This document shows, in pieces, positions 27,801 to 41,818 of a stretch of 64,000 nt of DNA. Each line of letters begins with the position of its first letter. The first letter of the stretch is position 1. The DNA is from Octopus vulgaris (lineage: Eukaryota), in the NCBI GenBank assembly GCA_951406725.2, contig OX597840.1, forward strand, positions 20,956,001-21,020,000, read 5' to 3'. Under the pieces are notes generated by a model that saw only the letters and a list, made by a program, of their open reading frames with translations, was not told the origin of the DNA and ran no database searches. The position numbers and the translations under genes are program-made.

Positions 27801-30800
27801 TGTGTGTGCCTTTGTGTGCCCCCTCCCCACCATTTGACAACTGGTGTTGGTTTGTTCATATCACTGTATCTTAATGGTTCATCAAAAGAGATCACTGGAA
27901 TAATAGTACTAGACTCAAAAGACATGTCCTGGGGTCGTCAATATATTCAACCAAACCCTTCACGTTGGTCCCTGAGCACAATGACTAAAGCCCAGTGACT
28001 AAACCAAGTAAAAGGTGAAAAGAGAAAAACTAATCCCAAAATACAATACACAAACAAAAACGAACTGAAAACTGTCTTACCTGAAGGGCAGAATTGCCCA
28101 GAGTATCCAGTCCTATTTGCCGCAGTGAGCCATATTTACTGTAGGCACAAAGTAATAGAAACCTGCAACAGAGAAGAGAAGGCAGTTAACTGACTGGAAT
28201 GGCTGGAAGGGACAAACTGGAGACTGGAGTGGTTTCACGGTTGAGTGGGACAAAGGAGGGATAATTACTAACCACGGAGTGTCATTAATTTCTATCAAAT
28301 GGAGGCTGTTTTATGATGCTTCCAAATCCTTGAGATACCTTTAATGGCTAATGCCCCCAGCTCCATATGAGTGGCATTAACTCTTTAGCATTCAAATGTA
28401 ATGTTTATTTATTCACATGGTTTTGAATTAATCTGATAAGTAAAACATGATCACCTCTCACTGGAAGTTTCTCTCAAAGTTCTGACTTTGATACAGCCAG
28501 CCATCAACCAACTAGAAGAAACAGTTACACAAACAGCAACCATTTGATGATGACAATGATGATAGTGATGACGATAAGATTATCATTGAAGATAGGAAAT
28601 TTTAAAAAAAAAAGATAAAGATTTTTACCTAAACACACTTCTGTTGTTGGCCAAGATCTGCAAATTTTCTTCATCAAAAGATAAATTCCTGATTATGATA
28701 GCCATCTAGAAGAATGGGAAAGAAAAAGAGAAAGCTTTAATGAAATTCCAGAGTCAGAGAACCAAGGTGAGTTGACGACAGATAAAGTTTGGCCAGATGC
28801 GAGAGGTTTAATGCGTTAACGACCACATTAACCTGTTATTGAAACTTAGCAGGGATGCAACTTGTTTCATGTGGTCACACTGCATTTTGTTTAATTACAA
28901 GGAAATAAATTTTTTTTTTTTTTTTTTTTGCATTTTCACAATATTTCATAATTAAACTTTAACATTTAGCATTCATATTATCTAAACATCCTCAAAACCG
29001 TGTCAAAAATACAGAATAAAATATTATGAAAATGTACCACAGGTGGTATATATGGAGATTGTGTGAAGCCTACCAGTGGTAGTATATGTGGTGGTCATTG
29101 TGTCAAGACACATTTTGAAGAAGATAAATAAAGAAAGGGGTAATTTATTTCCTTCATGATATTTCCTCAACCACATGATTTCAGACTGGGCAAGTGTCTT
29201 CTACTATAGCCTCATATATACACACTCACATATACATACATATATAGACATACCTGAGTCACTCGCTGACCTTCAACATCATTAACTCCTAGACTGCGGC
29301 CAAGATTCAAAACTTCTTCACCAACCCACTCTCCTGCGAAACAAACAAATGAAGGAAAAACACAATTATTTAGTTTTAAAATTGTAAATAGACATTTGTA
29401 ACACCCATTCATGCAGGTTCCACCCACAGTTACATTTGACCCCTTTTGATAACAATCCACCAGAGACCACCTCAGCTCCTATTATTCCCAAAACCTGACA
29501 TCAAAATTCAATGCTAGAAAATGTCCCAACCAACATCCTGAAGAGGACAAAGGTGAAGGCGCATGGCTTGGTGGGCAGGGGATTCAGCTCATGGAGATAT
29601 ATATATATATATGGTCATGAGTTCTATTACCAGCCATGCATTGTGTCCTTGAGCAAATACACTTTACTTCATGTTACTCTGGTCCACTCAGCCAGCTGTA
29701 CCGGTAATTCAAAGGGCCAGGTCTTGTCACATTCTGTGTTACACTGAAACCTCAGCCACTTGCATGTTAATTTCACAAGCAGGCTGTTCCATTGATTGGA
29801 CCATCTGGAACCCTTGTTCTCATAATTAATGAAATGCCATTTAATAGGACAAAGTTATTTCACTAAATTCATTATTATTTTCAACACAAATTAAAACATT
29901 AGCTTTCATCAGATGTACAGTAACAAATTATCTTCCAAATATCAGCTTAATAACGACAGTCATTTCTCTAAATTCTTCATAATTTCCAAAATTGATTGAA
30001 ACAAAGTCAGTGTATTTCAACAGAAATACAGTAATGATAGGGTTAAGTATGTCTGGAATATATCATTAGAATTCACAGAAACTAGTAGTGTGAGGATCTT
30101 TGGCCAGATTCAAAAGTGTAACAGTAGAAAGCAACAGACTGGGTTGTCATGGGAAGAAGAGATATCTAAAATGTAGGACAGATTCCTATATCTAATGAAA
30201 TGCCTTCACGTTATATTTTATCATGGTCATTGTAATCGCCCCCTGGCCATTACTGTTTCGGGTCCTGAGACTCACAGGAGTGGGTTATCCATTCTGTGTT
30301 AAAAAACTAGTTTCATAGAAACTTCTTTCAAAATTCTTATTTTGTTTTTCTCTCATTTACTTTTGTAGGTTGAACTCAGTAAAATATTAGAGACAGAAAC
30401 TTAGCTATTTCTTGCAATAAATATATCTAAAGCAAAATTTTTTCAGGGCCCTTAAAATATTATCGTGGATCTCCAAAAATCTTACATGGACCTTCAGGGG
30501 CCATACGGACCCCGGTTGAGAACCACTGTATTAGCTCTCTTTAGTTTTGGGCCATAGGCCCAACTAGCCCTCCACAGGAGCCAGCTCAAAAGTCCACTCA
30601 GAGTGCAGCTTTTAAGCTAGCAGTAAATATAAATACGCAGGCAGATCCAAAAGTATCTCAGCCTTAAGCAGAAAAAAAGAAATAATGCAGCAGCTCTGAT
30701 ATTTGTCAGGTCATTTACTGTGTTAGGTTTAAGCTTGCAATCAGTGCAGGTAAGTATCAAGAGATATTTACTTATCAGCGATGCATCCCTCGTGTCTGAG

Positions 30801-33800
30801 ATCATTTCACGAACTTCTTTATCATACACTGTATCATACCAGAACTGAAAACAGAAAAGAAAAATACATCAACAACAATCCCGCTTAGATACGGATATAA
30901 TAGAGACAGTGAGACTGATACAATACAGAGATATTACATATAAAAAAAAAACAATGGAATTTAATCCAACAAATAAGCCATTTTCTCACACTGCAACGTT
31001 AAAAGCTTTCCCTTTCTCTCCCTATTTAACTTTTAAATTTTCAGGTTTCAAATCCCAGAGGTCCACTTTAAAAACTTTGGTGCATTAAACATTTGATAGC
31101 ATAGAAGACACACGCCAATTTCAGAGGTGCAGCTTATATTTGTCTGTTTGCCCACATTAGACTGCGGCCATGCTGGGGCACTGCCTTGAAGAATTTTGGT
31201 CAAACGAATCAACCCCTGGACTTTTCTTCAAGCCAGGCACTTATTCTATAGGTATCTCTTGCTGAGCCATTAAATTAGAGGGACGTAAACACACCAACAC
31301 CAGTTGTCAAGCAGTGGTGGGGGACACAGATACAACAACCACACACACACACACGACAGGCTTCTTTCAGTTTCTGTCTACCAAATTTCATTCACAAGGC
31401 TTTGGTCAACCCAAAGCTATAGCAGAAGACATTTGCCCAAGGTGCCATGCGGTGGAACAGTACCCAGAACCATGCAGTCATAGAAACCATGCCAAAACAG
31501 GTGACTGGAACCTGGTGCAACCCTCTGCCTTACCAGCAGTCCTTCAGTTTTTCTAAGCCCTGTAAAAGAACTCAGAAGGTTGGGCCTCCAACCAGGCCTT
31601 TCACAATACCTTTAGAGCCAGGAATTTTTTTTAGCACCCCCTCATGTATCACTCAGCATGAAAGAGAAAGATAAATATATACTTTTTATGATTACATTTC
31701 ATGAGAGTGTCCTGGGAGGGTGTCCTAGAGTGACGAGGTTAGCGCATGGAGTAAGATTTGCACCTTGATACTTATACTGGTTGAGGGGAAGGTGAGTAAT
31801 TCCACCTTCTTAAGATATTTCCTCTTGAATAAACAAAGGTGTGTCATGAGGAATTGGTAATGAAGGAGTTCCAAGAAATTTAACCAGAATTATTATTATG
31901 TAAGCTCTGTTAATCTATGAAGACAGAGAATCTGGTAAGGATCTGGTACCAGGAGTGCCAAGAAAATTAGTTGATGCAACTGCAGAAGCAAAAGAAAGGA
32001 AAAACAAAAATTTACCTTCACAAAATTCCTTTTAGAAAATGGTCGCCAACCATTTTCGTAGAGTTCTTCTAAAGAACTTTCCCCTGCAATAAAAAGAAAT
32101 TGTAGTTAAGATTGGGTTAAGATACTGATTTTTTATATGAACCCACCCGAGATTTGACCCTGGTTCAATGATACAGACTTCTTGTTTTTAGGTGGGTTTT
32201 AAAAATTAAAACCTATCAAAATTTAATATTAATTTATGTTTTAAGCCTCAGATTAATAATGATGGTTATTTTATTAAGTTATAAAATACAAAATATGTTA
32301 TTTATGTATACATGCAAAACAAGAGAAGGCAAAGAATGAAGAATTTCAGACATTGAATACTTAACCCTTTAGTGTTCGCATTATTCTACCAAAATTAATG
32401 CTTCTTCATCCACATTGTTTTGAACTAATCATACATTATCTTGTAGCTATGAGATTTTGATGAGGTAGCTGTTAATTTTTAAAACGATATTGTAGGGTTG
32501 GTGTGAGAGACCAGATCTGGCCAGTTTGACCATAAAACAGGCAGAATACTTTTGGCCGGATATGGCCAGTTTAAATGCTAAAAGGTTAAGTATAAATACA
32601 TAGATATTGATATTAATAGATCCAACTTAGATTTGGACCTAGTAATATAAATACCTTTATACTTATACTTAAATATTCATCATCTGAAAGTCTCCACCTT
32701 TTGCTTTCTCTCGTTTAGCATGTATACATATATATTTTGTATTTCATACCCAAACTATTACATTTAATATATCTAATTTGTTTATCTGCATAATTGCTTA
32801 TATTTACATGCACGCGCATGTGTGTGCAGCATGGCCTAATGAATGAAACAAGTACATATAGCAAAAAAAAAATCCACAACCAATCTGAAACAACCTGGTC
32901 ATTATGTTATTACTAGTTCCATCCAAAGTTCTAAGACTGCCACACAGGCAATAAAACTTATTCAAAAGTGCCTCAACACGATTGCTCAAGCTGCTAGTTG
33001 TAGCAGCCAAATTTCATCCAAATTTCCAAATCACTGCCTACTGTCTTAAATAAAGGCATGCCAGATTAGTCTTACATATCATCATAATCATCATTTAATG
33101 TCTGCTTTCCATGCTGGCATGGATTGGACGGTTTGACAAGAGCTTGGTTTCTATGGTCAGATGCCCTTCCTAATGCCAACCACTTTACAGTGTGCGCTGT
33201 GTGTGTTTAACGTGCTAAACAAATCATCGACATCATTGCCAACCTCTGGACATTTGGCTCTCAAGTGCTGGGACTCGTAGGGCCAGTTACCCAGTTTCCA
33301 TGGTATGAATGTGGCCAAGATCATAACCCTTGCCAATCCATTGCTGGGATTCTCACTTACAGTTGAGTGGACTGGAGACGCAGGAAATGAAGGGCTTTGC
33401 TGAAGAATACAATGAGCTGTCCGGTCTGGGGAACAAAGCCATCATCTTGCAATCATGAGCACAACATCCTTACCACTATGCCATGCTGGAGCATTTTTGA
33501 CCAAATGTTTGTCAGATCAGGGCTGGCTCATAGCTAAACAAGAAAACCTTATTTAAGACAGGTAGTAGGGCAATCCCCATCTTTGATTCATAGCTGACCC
33601 CACTCAACGAGATGTGATAAAGGGTTTAAATTCCTTTACCATACTATTTAAACTGGCCAAATCTGCCCAAATATTTTACCTGTTTTATGCTCAAACTGGC
33701 CAGATCTGGCCTCTCACACCTGCCCTACAATGTCATTCCAAAAATAAACAATCACATCTACCAACATCGCCTGACTAGCCCCCGTGCCGGTGGCATGTAA

Positions 33801-36800
33801 AAAGCACCCACTACACTCTCAGAGTGGTTGGCGTTAGGAAGGGCATCCAGCTGTCGAAATTCTGCCAGATCAAGACTGGAGCCTGGTGCAGCCATCTGGT
33901 TCACTAGCCCCCAGTCAAAATCGTCCAACCCATGCTAGCATGGAAAGCAGACGTTAAACGATCATCATCATCATCATCATTGAAATCTCAAAGCTGTGAG
34001 AGATTATATGATTACCCAATGTGTTTCTATTTTTAAGCTGGTTTGGTGTCATTTGAGAGAAACTGACAGCTATTTTTAGCCAGTGAAATGACCACATCAA
34101 GACTCACACATTACGCTTGCAAGAGTTGGGTAATTCAGTTTATGTCAGATATTTTAACGAAACACTTAATTAAAGTGCATGATCTGAACATATACTTTTA
34201 GAGGAGAAACAAAGGAGAATATGTCGCAATGTCTTGCTTAAGAAGCCGTGAAATTAGAGCTTACGTCTCAGCAGGTGTGGCAACTTACATAAAGAGTTCT
34301 TTCATTGTTTGCTGGGTAAGACAGCCAGGGGACTTGGCTGAGCATGTGTTAGGGATTAGAGGGTGACATACAAAAGGATTATCAAGTTCTATTTATAGGC
34401 CTATGTAGATGCTTTTTCCAGGAGAGGTTTCCCTTTTCTTACTATATACATTGGAGGGGTTCCCCTTTTCTTACTACATAGGTGCAGGCATGGCTGAGTG
34501 GTAAGAAGCTTACTTCCCAACCACATAGTTCCAGGTTCAGTCCCACTGCATGGTACCTTGGGCAAGTGTCTTCTACTACAGCCTTGAGCCAACCAAATAC
34601 TTATGAATGGATTTGGTAGATGGAAACTGAAAGAAGCCCATCATGTGTATGTGTAGAAGGGAGAATGTGTCTTTGTGTCTGTTTGTCTCCTACCACTGCT
34701 TGACAACCAGTGTCTGTGTGTTTACATCCCCATAGCTTAGCAGTTCAGCAAATGAGACTGATACAATAGGTACCAAGTTTTTTTTCAAAACAGTCAAGTA
34801 CTGGGGTTGATTCATTCAACTAAAAGTTTTTCAAGGTGGTGCCCCAGCATGGCCAGAGTCTAATGGCTGAAACAAGTAGAAGACATCAGTAGAATAAGGA
34901 ACAGTATCTTCCACCACAATTAGGGAGTCTGTATGTAATTGGAATGAAATCTAATTAATCTGTCCAATCAACAATTATTTCTAGTTGTTTAACATTATAA
35001 CATTAAGTCTTTAGTATGCAAATCAGCCATATCAGAAAACCCAAATATTCTACCTGTTGTATGTTCAAACCAGCCAGATCCAGCCTCTCACACCCACCCT
35101 ACAATGTTATTCTAAAAATATAAAAATAACATCACTGAAATCTCAAAGCTCTGAGATAATGCAGGATTAATTCCAAACGAGAATAAATAAGCAGAACATT
35201 TGACAGAATAATCTGAATGCTAAGGGGTTACACTGGCCAGATCTGGCTTCTCACACCTATCCTACAATGTTGTTCTAATATTAAGCAATCACATCTTTGA
35301 AATCTGAAAGCTAAGGGATAATGCCGGATTAATTCAAGGCAATGTATATAGATAAGCATTACACTGGACAGAGTAATCCAGATGCTAAAGGGTTATGAAA
35401 GGTGAAACTGACCAGCAGCTCCCAACCAACACTGACTATTAATGTAGGACTACAGAGTCCAGGAACTGAACTCCTGGTTCATGGATTATCATCTGAAACA
35501 ACTCAACGGGCACTGCAGAATGACCCTTGAACAAAAGATGTTGGCTGTTACAGTCAAGTTTAATCAATAACTGCAAACTTTCACTTCACATTTGAGAAGT
35601 TGAAATTATTTAAATGAGTCGGTCAATTGAGGTTATAAAAATATCCCAGCACCCATCACAAGTTTATCATTTTGTCTCATTAGCAAAGTGTGTTCAACTC
35701 TGCCAATGTTGTGGCACCAAATAAGGTTATACGTACCATGTAAAAAGCACCCAGTACACTCTATTAAGTGTTTGGCGTCAGGAAGGGCACCCAACTGTAG
35801 AAGCCCTGCCATAACCGACAATGGGGCGTGGTGCAGCTCCAGTCAAACCACCCAACCCATGCCAGCATGGAAAATGTTAGATGATGATGAGGATAGGGAC
35901 AGCCTTGGCTGGGTGCTTACAAAGTTTGCTTCCCAACCACATGGTTTCAGGTTCACTTTAACTGGACAAGTGTTTTCTACTGTCCTAGGCCTATCAAAGC
36001 TTTGAGTAGAGTTGGTACACAGAAACTGAAAGAAACCCATGTGTGTGTGTTTGCACATGTGTATAATTGTATATCCTTGTTCTGATGCCATGTGATAGCT
36101 GTAAATGAGTGTCACTGTCATGCAAGCGGTCATTCATTTCCAATATTCTGCAGGAACATGTCTGGTGATGGGGAATATTTATTTCTTTATTGCCCACAGG
36201 GGGATAAACAGAGGGGATAAACAAGGACAGACAAACGGATTAAGTCAATTACATTAACCCTAGTGTGTAACTGGTACTTATGTAATCGACCCCAAAAGGA
36301 TGAAAGCTGAAGTCGACCTCAGCGGAATTTGAACTCAGAATGTAGCGGCAGACGAAATACCACTAAGCATTTGGCCCGGCCTGCTAAAGTTTCTGTTAGC
36401 TTGCTGCCCTAGGGCGATAGGGAATATTACCACACTTGGGAACAGGTGAGAGTTGACAAAACGAAGGGCATCCAACCACAAAAACATTCACCTTAATAAA
36501 CATCATCCAACCCATGTGCATTTTTTCTATGAAAATCCCTATTTTTTATGATATTTTTGACTGCTGTGTCGCCATTTTTCGGTATATTTCAACCAGGAAA
36601 ATGTTCACTTAAAGAGAAATTTTTGCTTTTCAAAAATTCCAATTCTAAAGGGTCGAAACAAACCCGAGCAACGCCGGGCAATACTGCTAGTTTAATCTAA
36701 AAGTATTTAAATTAAACTACATTAATAATTTAACCCTTTAACACTCAGATTACTGTCAGATGTTAGGCTAATTTGTTCATTGTTGTTTTCAATTAATCAT

Positions 36801-39800
36801 GGCTTATCTCTTAGCTTCGAGATTTCAACGATGAGATTATTTTTTGAGAACAACATTGTAGGGTAGGTGTGAGAGAGCAGATCTGGTTGATTTGAATATA
36901 AAACATGCATATTTTGGGCAAATATGGCTTAGTGGTTAGTGTGTTGGAGTCATGATCATAAGATTGTGGTTTCAATTCCTGGACCAGGTGATGCATTGTG
37001 TTCTGGAGCAAAACACTTCATTTCATGCCACTCCTGCCCTCTCACCTGGTAAAAATGAGTTATCTAGGGATGAACCAGTGTCCGATCCAGGAAGGAATAT
37101 AAATACCAGAGAATCCAGGAAATTAGCCCTATGCTCCTTATGGAGCAATGTAGACTCACCGAGGCCAGCTCAAATGCTGAAACATTAAATAAAAATCAAA
37201 GAATAATGGATATGCATGTACTTACCGAGTGAAAAAATTCCTATGTGTGCTAAAAGAAGATCTAGTAGATGCTTGGATTTGTCCAAGCGTAATGAGCGTT
37301 TGCCATCATTGGAGAGTAAAGTGCACACGTTGACCACAAAGTCTACTTCATTCGGTAATCCAGACATTAAAGCCATTTCCAACTTGTCATAGTCACTGAA
37401 TGTAACAAACTGGCAAGACAAACCAGCATTTTGACGTGCAGTCTCTGCAAAATAACAAAACAACAACTGCATATAGTTTCACATAGATTTTTTTTTTTTA
37501 AATATTCACTCAACACTGGGAAGAAATTATGAGGAACTACTGTGGCTGGGGCTTGAAATCATGTTGAAGATCATAAGGATATTGTTGTGATATCATGTAA
37601 GATTTATTGTGGCAAGGGCTTAAGATCACAAAGGATATTGTGGCAGTAAGGTCTGGAGATCATATGAAATACTGTTGAGGGCAAGGGTTAGAGATCATAT
37701 GGAATATTGCTGAGGACAAGGGCTGGAGATATGGAATACAGTTGAGGGCAAGGGCTGGAGATCATATGGAATATTGTTGAGGGCAAGGGCTGGAGATCAT
37801 ATGGAATATTGTTGAGGGCAAGGGCTGGAGATCATATGGAATACTGTTGAAGGCAAGGTCTGGAGATATTGTTCAGGGCAAGGTCTGGAGATCATATTTG
37901 TGTTATTATATCAAGGGTTTGCGATCATATGGGATATTGTTGAGGTATGCATGAAGATCAAGTGAGATATTTGTGGATGCAATGTTGGAAGTCATATGGG
38001 GTACTGTTGCAGCAGGTGTGAGTTGGGGTGTTTTGTGATAGGGATGCAATTTTCTATCAGGTGAAAATGTTGATTCGGTCTTCCCTAAAACATAAATATG
38101 GCTATTATCTACCTCAGTGAGGTAAACAGTGTACCACTGCAGTATAACAGCTGACCGAGAGTTAATCCTTGTTATCATAATGGTAATTTACTGAAGAACT
38201 CTCTCTCAAAAATGTCATGTGTATGCAAATGCATACATGAGTGCTACATGTATGCATGCAGTAAACAATGTTTATGTATGTGCCCATGCATGTGTATAAT
38301 CATCATCATTTAACTTTCATTTTCCATGCAAACAAAATATCATATTATCACATGACTGACCAGACTATCAGATATTATACCTTGCTGGTCACAATGCACT
38401 TTGTATCATTTTAGCTTTCAAATGATGCCACCCTGTTGGCTCGGCAAGCATTGCCCCTAATCAGAAGGTGAGTCCATTGCAGGGTTAGCACCCATTTACA
38501 GCTGAGTGGACTGGGGCAACACGAAAAGAAGTGTTTTGCACAAGAACACAATGCACCAGCTGGTCCAGGAATTGAAACCACAATCTTGCAATCCTGAGTG
38601 TTAACACCCTAACCACAAGGCCATGCGCCTTCACACACACACACTATTTCCTAGAACACACATCCCTATTCATAACATGATCACAAATAATCATGGCTCT
38701 CTCTCTTTCACACACACACAGACTCTCTCTCTCTCTCTCTCACATTTTCCTACCAATCCAACTCATTCCACTTATATCCATCCATCTTCACTCTTTCGCC
38801 AACAAAATACCATTCTATACATTTTCTTTCAATCCACTCCCATTTTTTTTCATTCACCCACAATTTCTTTGATAAAAACAATACTGTTTTTCATCTAACC
38901 TTCCTATACCTCTTTTTTTCTCTCTCTTCCTCACAAAGGGCCTCTGTCCAAAACACCGAACCCTCTCCCGTTTCCTCCAAATACCATAATTATAAATATT
39001 CTATATTTTTGTGTGTATTTTTACTGAGTCGCTTCAGATAAAAAATGTCAGTCTTTCATGGATTTTGTCTCAGACAGTTGGGTATTTTTAGCCCCAGGTC
39101 AGCCTTGATCAAGCATTTCAGCAATGATCATCCCCATTTCTTCCCATGTGCAAGGAACCCAGAACAACATTATCCAACATGTCTGATTATGAAGCCTTTA
39201 CCATTCAGATTACTCTCTCAAACATAATCCTTATTTATTCACAGTATTTTGGTTTAATCCTGCATTATCTTACAGCCTCAAGATTTCAATGATGCGAGTG
39301 TTTATTTATAGAATGAGATTGTGGATGGAAGCACTCCGTCGGTTACGACGACGAGGGTTCCGGTTGATCCGAATCAACGGAACAGCCTGCTCATGAAATT
39401 AACGTGTAAGTGGCTGAGCACTCCACAGACACGCGCACCCTTAACGTAGTTCTCGGGGATATTCAGCGTGACACAGAGAGTGACAAGGCCAGCCCTTTGA
39501 AATACAGGTACGACAGAAACGGGAAGTAAGAGTGAGAGAAAGTTGTGGTGAAAGAGTACAGCAGGGATCACCACCATCCCCTGCCGGAGCTACAAGGAGC
39601 TTTTTAGGTGTTTTCACTCAATAAACATTCACAACGCCCGGTCTGGGAATCGAAACCGCGATCCTATGACCGCGAGTCCGCTGCCCTAACCACTGGGCCA
39701 TTGAGCCTCCACAATGACATTGTAGGGAGGGTGTGAAAGGCCCAATGTAGCCATTTTGAACGTAAAACAGATAGAATACTTGGGCTGGATATGGCCAGTT

Positions 39801-41786
39801 TCAATGCTGAAGGGTTAAAGATGACTGCAATTTGAGGAACATTTCACTGCTATTTTTAACAGTTTGAGCAATCACATAAAGACCTTCTTGTTCCCTTGTC
39901 TGCCTCGAGAAGTATTTGAACTCAATAATAGGGGTTAAAACATTTGTTGAAGAAACAGACACTGCCACCAACACCATCTTTTCTAGTTTGCCAAGTCCAC
40001 AGTACATATTTCTTTATAGTTAAGGGAATTGGGCACATGGGGGAGATAAGGGTGTTGATCAGAGATCATGGAACAACATTTGGTGACAGAATATGAAATA
40101 GCAACTCTGCAGCCATTAGCAACAGTATGCTCCAAGTTGCAGGAAACAAGGAGTCAATAAGGAACCATATACCTGGTCGCTCAAATGGCTAGACATAGCA
40201 GACAAAGCTCACACAAATCCATTCAGCCACCTTAAACAAGAAAAGATAAATTGGATAATGTAGTCCTACATAGACACTAAAACAGAAAAGAATGGATGGT
40301 CATGGTTAGATTGCCTCTGATCATAAGCCTACTTGGTTAGAGCTGCTCTAGGATCAAACAACATCTGTAGGAGTGGCTAAAACAAAAGAAATATAAAAAT
40401 AACAAAAGAAAAGATCAAATTGAAACTGACCTGAGACTTTATGCTGATTGTACTTGTATGTGAGGGGTACATTGTGTAAAGGGGTGGAAGACTTTTTACG
40501 TGATGGTCCATCTTCATCATCATCCATGATCTCATGGTCAGGATCTTCTCCGAGAAAATTAACTTTTTCATATTCATTCAGAAATCTGAAATATACAGAA
40601 TACCAGACAGAAATGAGAACGACATTATGTATTACTACTAATAATACAGAGATAAGCAGAATATATCAGAGACAATGAATAGAGAGAAAAAGAACACAGG
40701 AGCTGTAAGTAAGGAAAAAAGACAAAATGACAAAGGGAAAACTTGCAGAAAATTCATAAATACAGGAAGAGCCTTTATTGTAAAAGTTAAAGGGCGACAA
40801 GCTGGCAGAAATGTTAGCACGCCGGGCAAAGTGCTTTGCGGTATTTTGTCTGCTGCTATGTTCTGAGTTCAAATTCCACTGCCTTTCATCCTTTCGGGGT
40901 CAATTAAATAAATACCAGTTATGCACTGGGGTCGACATAATCGACTTAATCCGTTTGTCTGTCCTTGTTTGTCCCTTCTGCGCTTAGCCCCTTGTGGGTA
41001 GTAAAGAAATAGGTATTAGAAGTTTTTATTGAAATCAAAGAAAACAGAAACCAAGTTTTTTAACCAGTAACATACATGTATATCCTCTTTCTCTTTTAAA
41101 TTTAGAGAAGATCTGGACCAGGCACCAAGTGTTGGTAGCAAGGTTGAGAAGGAAAGCATCTTGGTTTAACCATCGTCCTTTAAAGTCCTTGCAAATTCTT
41201 AGAGTCCCAGATATCGTGATCATTTGTAGGGTATGAATTAAGGATTTGCACTCTCTACCCAAGAACCCAAGTTCAACCATGCATGCATGTGTTTGTGTGT
41301 ATGGGTGCGTGTGTAATTGTATGTATGTATGCACCTTGTACATGCATGCCTGCATGTATGTTTGTATGTATGCACAATGAATGCTTTATTATTTCAATGT
41401 CCACTTTTCCTTGCTTCATTGAGCCAGAAAAAATTCACTGAGGCAGATTCTTCTCCCGTTGGCTTGGAAACTGTGAGCATTGGTGACAGGAAGAGCATCC
41501 AAGCAATATTTCCCAGACTTCTTCCAATATAAACAAAATGATGGTGGGACAAGTTTGCATGGAAGACTGCAAACAAAGGACATTATTTCTATGATGGTGG
41601 TGACATTCGCTTATGATCAGTGCAAGACATCAAATCAAGGAGACACAACTCCCCACCTCCCATAGACATACACATGACCGGCTTCTTTTAGTTTCCATTG
41701 TCCAAAAAGACACTTGCTCAAGATGCTGTAAAGTGGAATTGAACACAAAACCATGTGGTTGCAAAGAACTTGAAGGTAGCACATGC

Positions 41787-41818
<32 letters not shown>

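Noticed and set aside
37545-37950. CRISPR-like 35-bp periodicity
   Set aside because: Units are contiguous with no unique spacers, no cas genes are present, and the context is a eukaryotic intron.
39635-39712. tRNA gene
   Set aside because: The tRNA-like A/B boxes are the head of a TSD-flanked SINE; no convincing cloverleaf.
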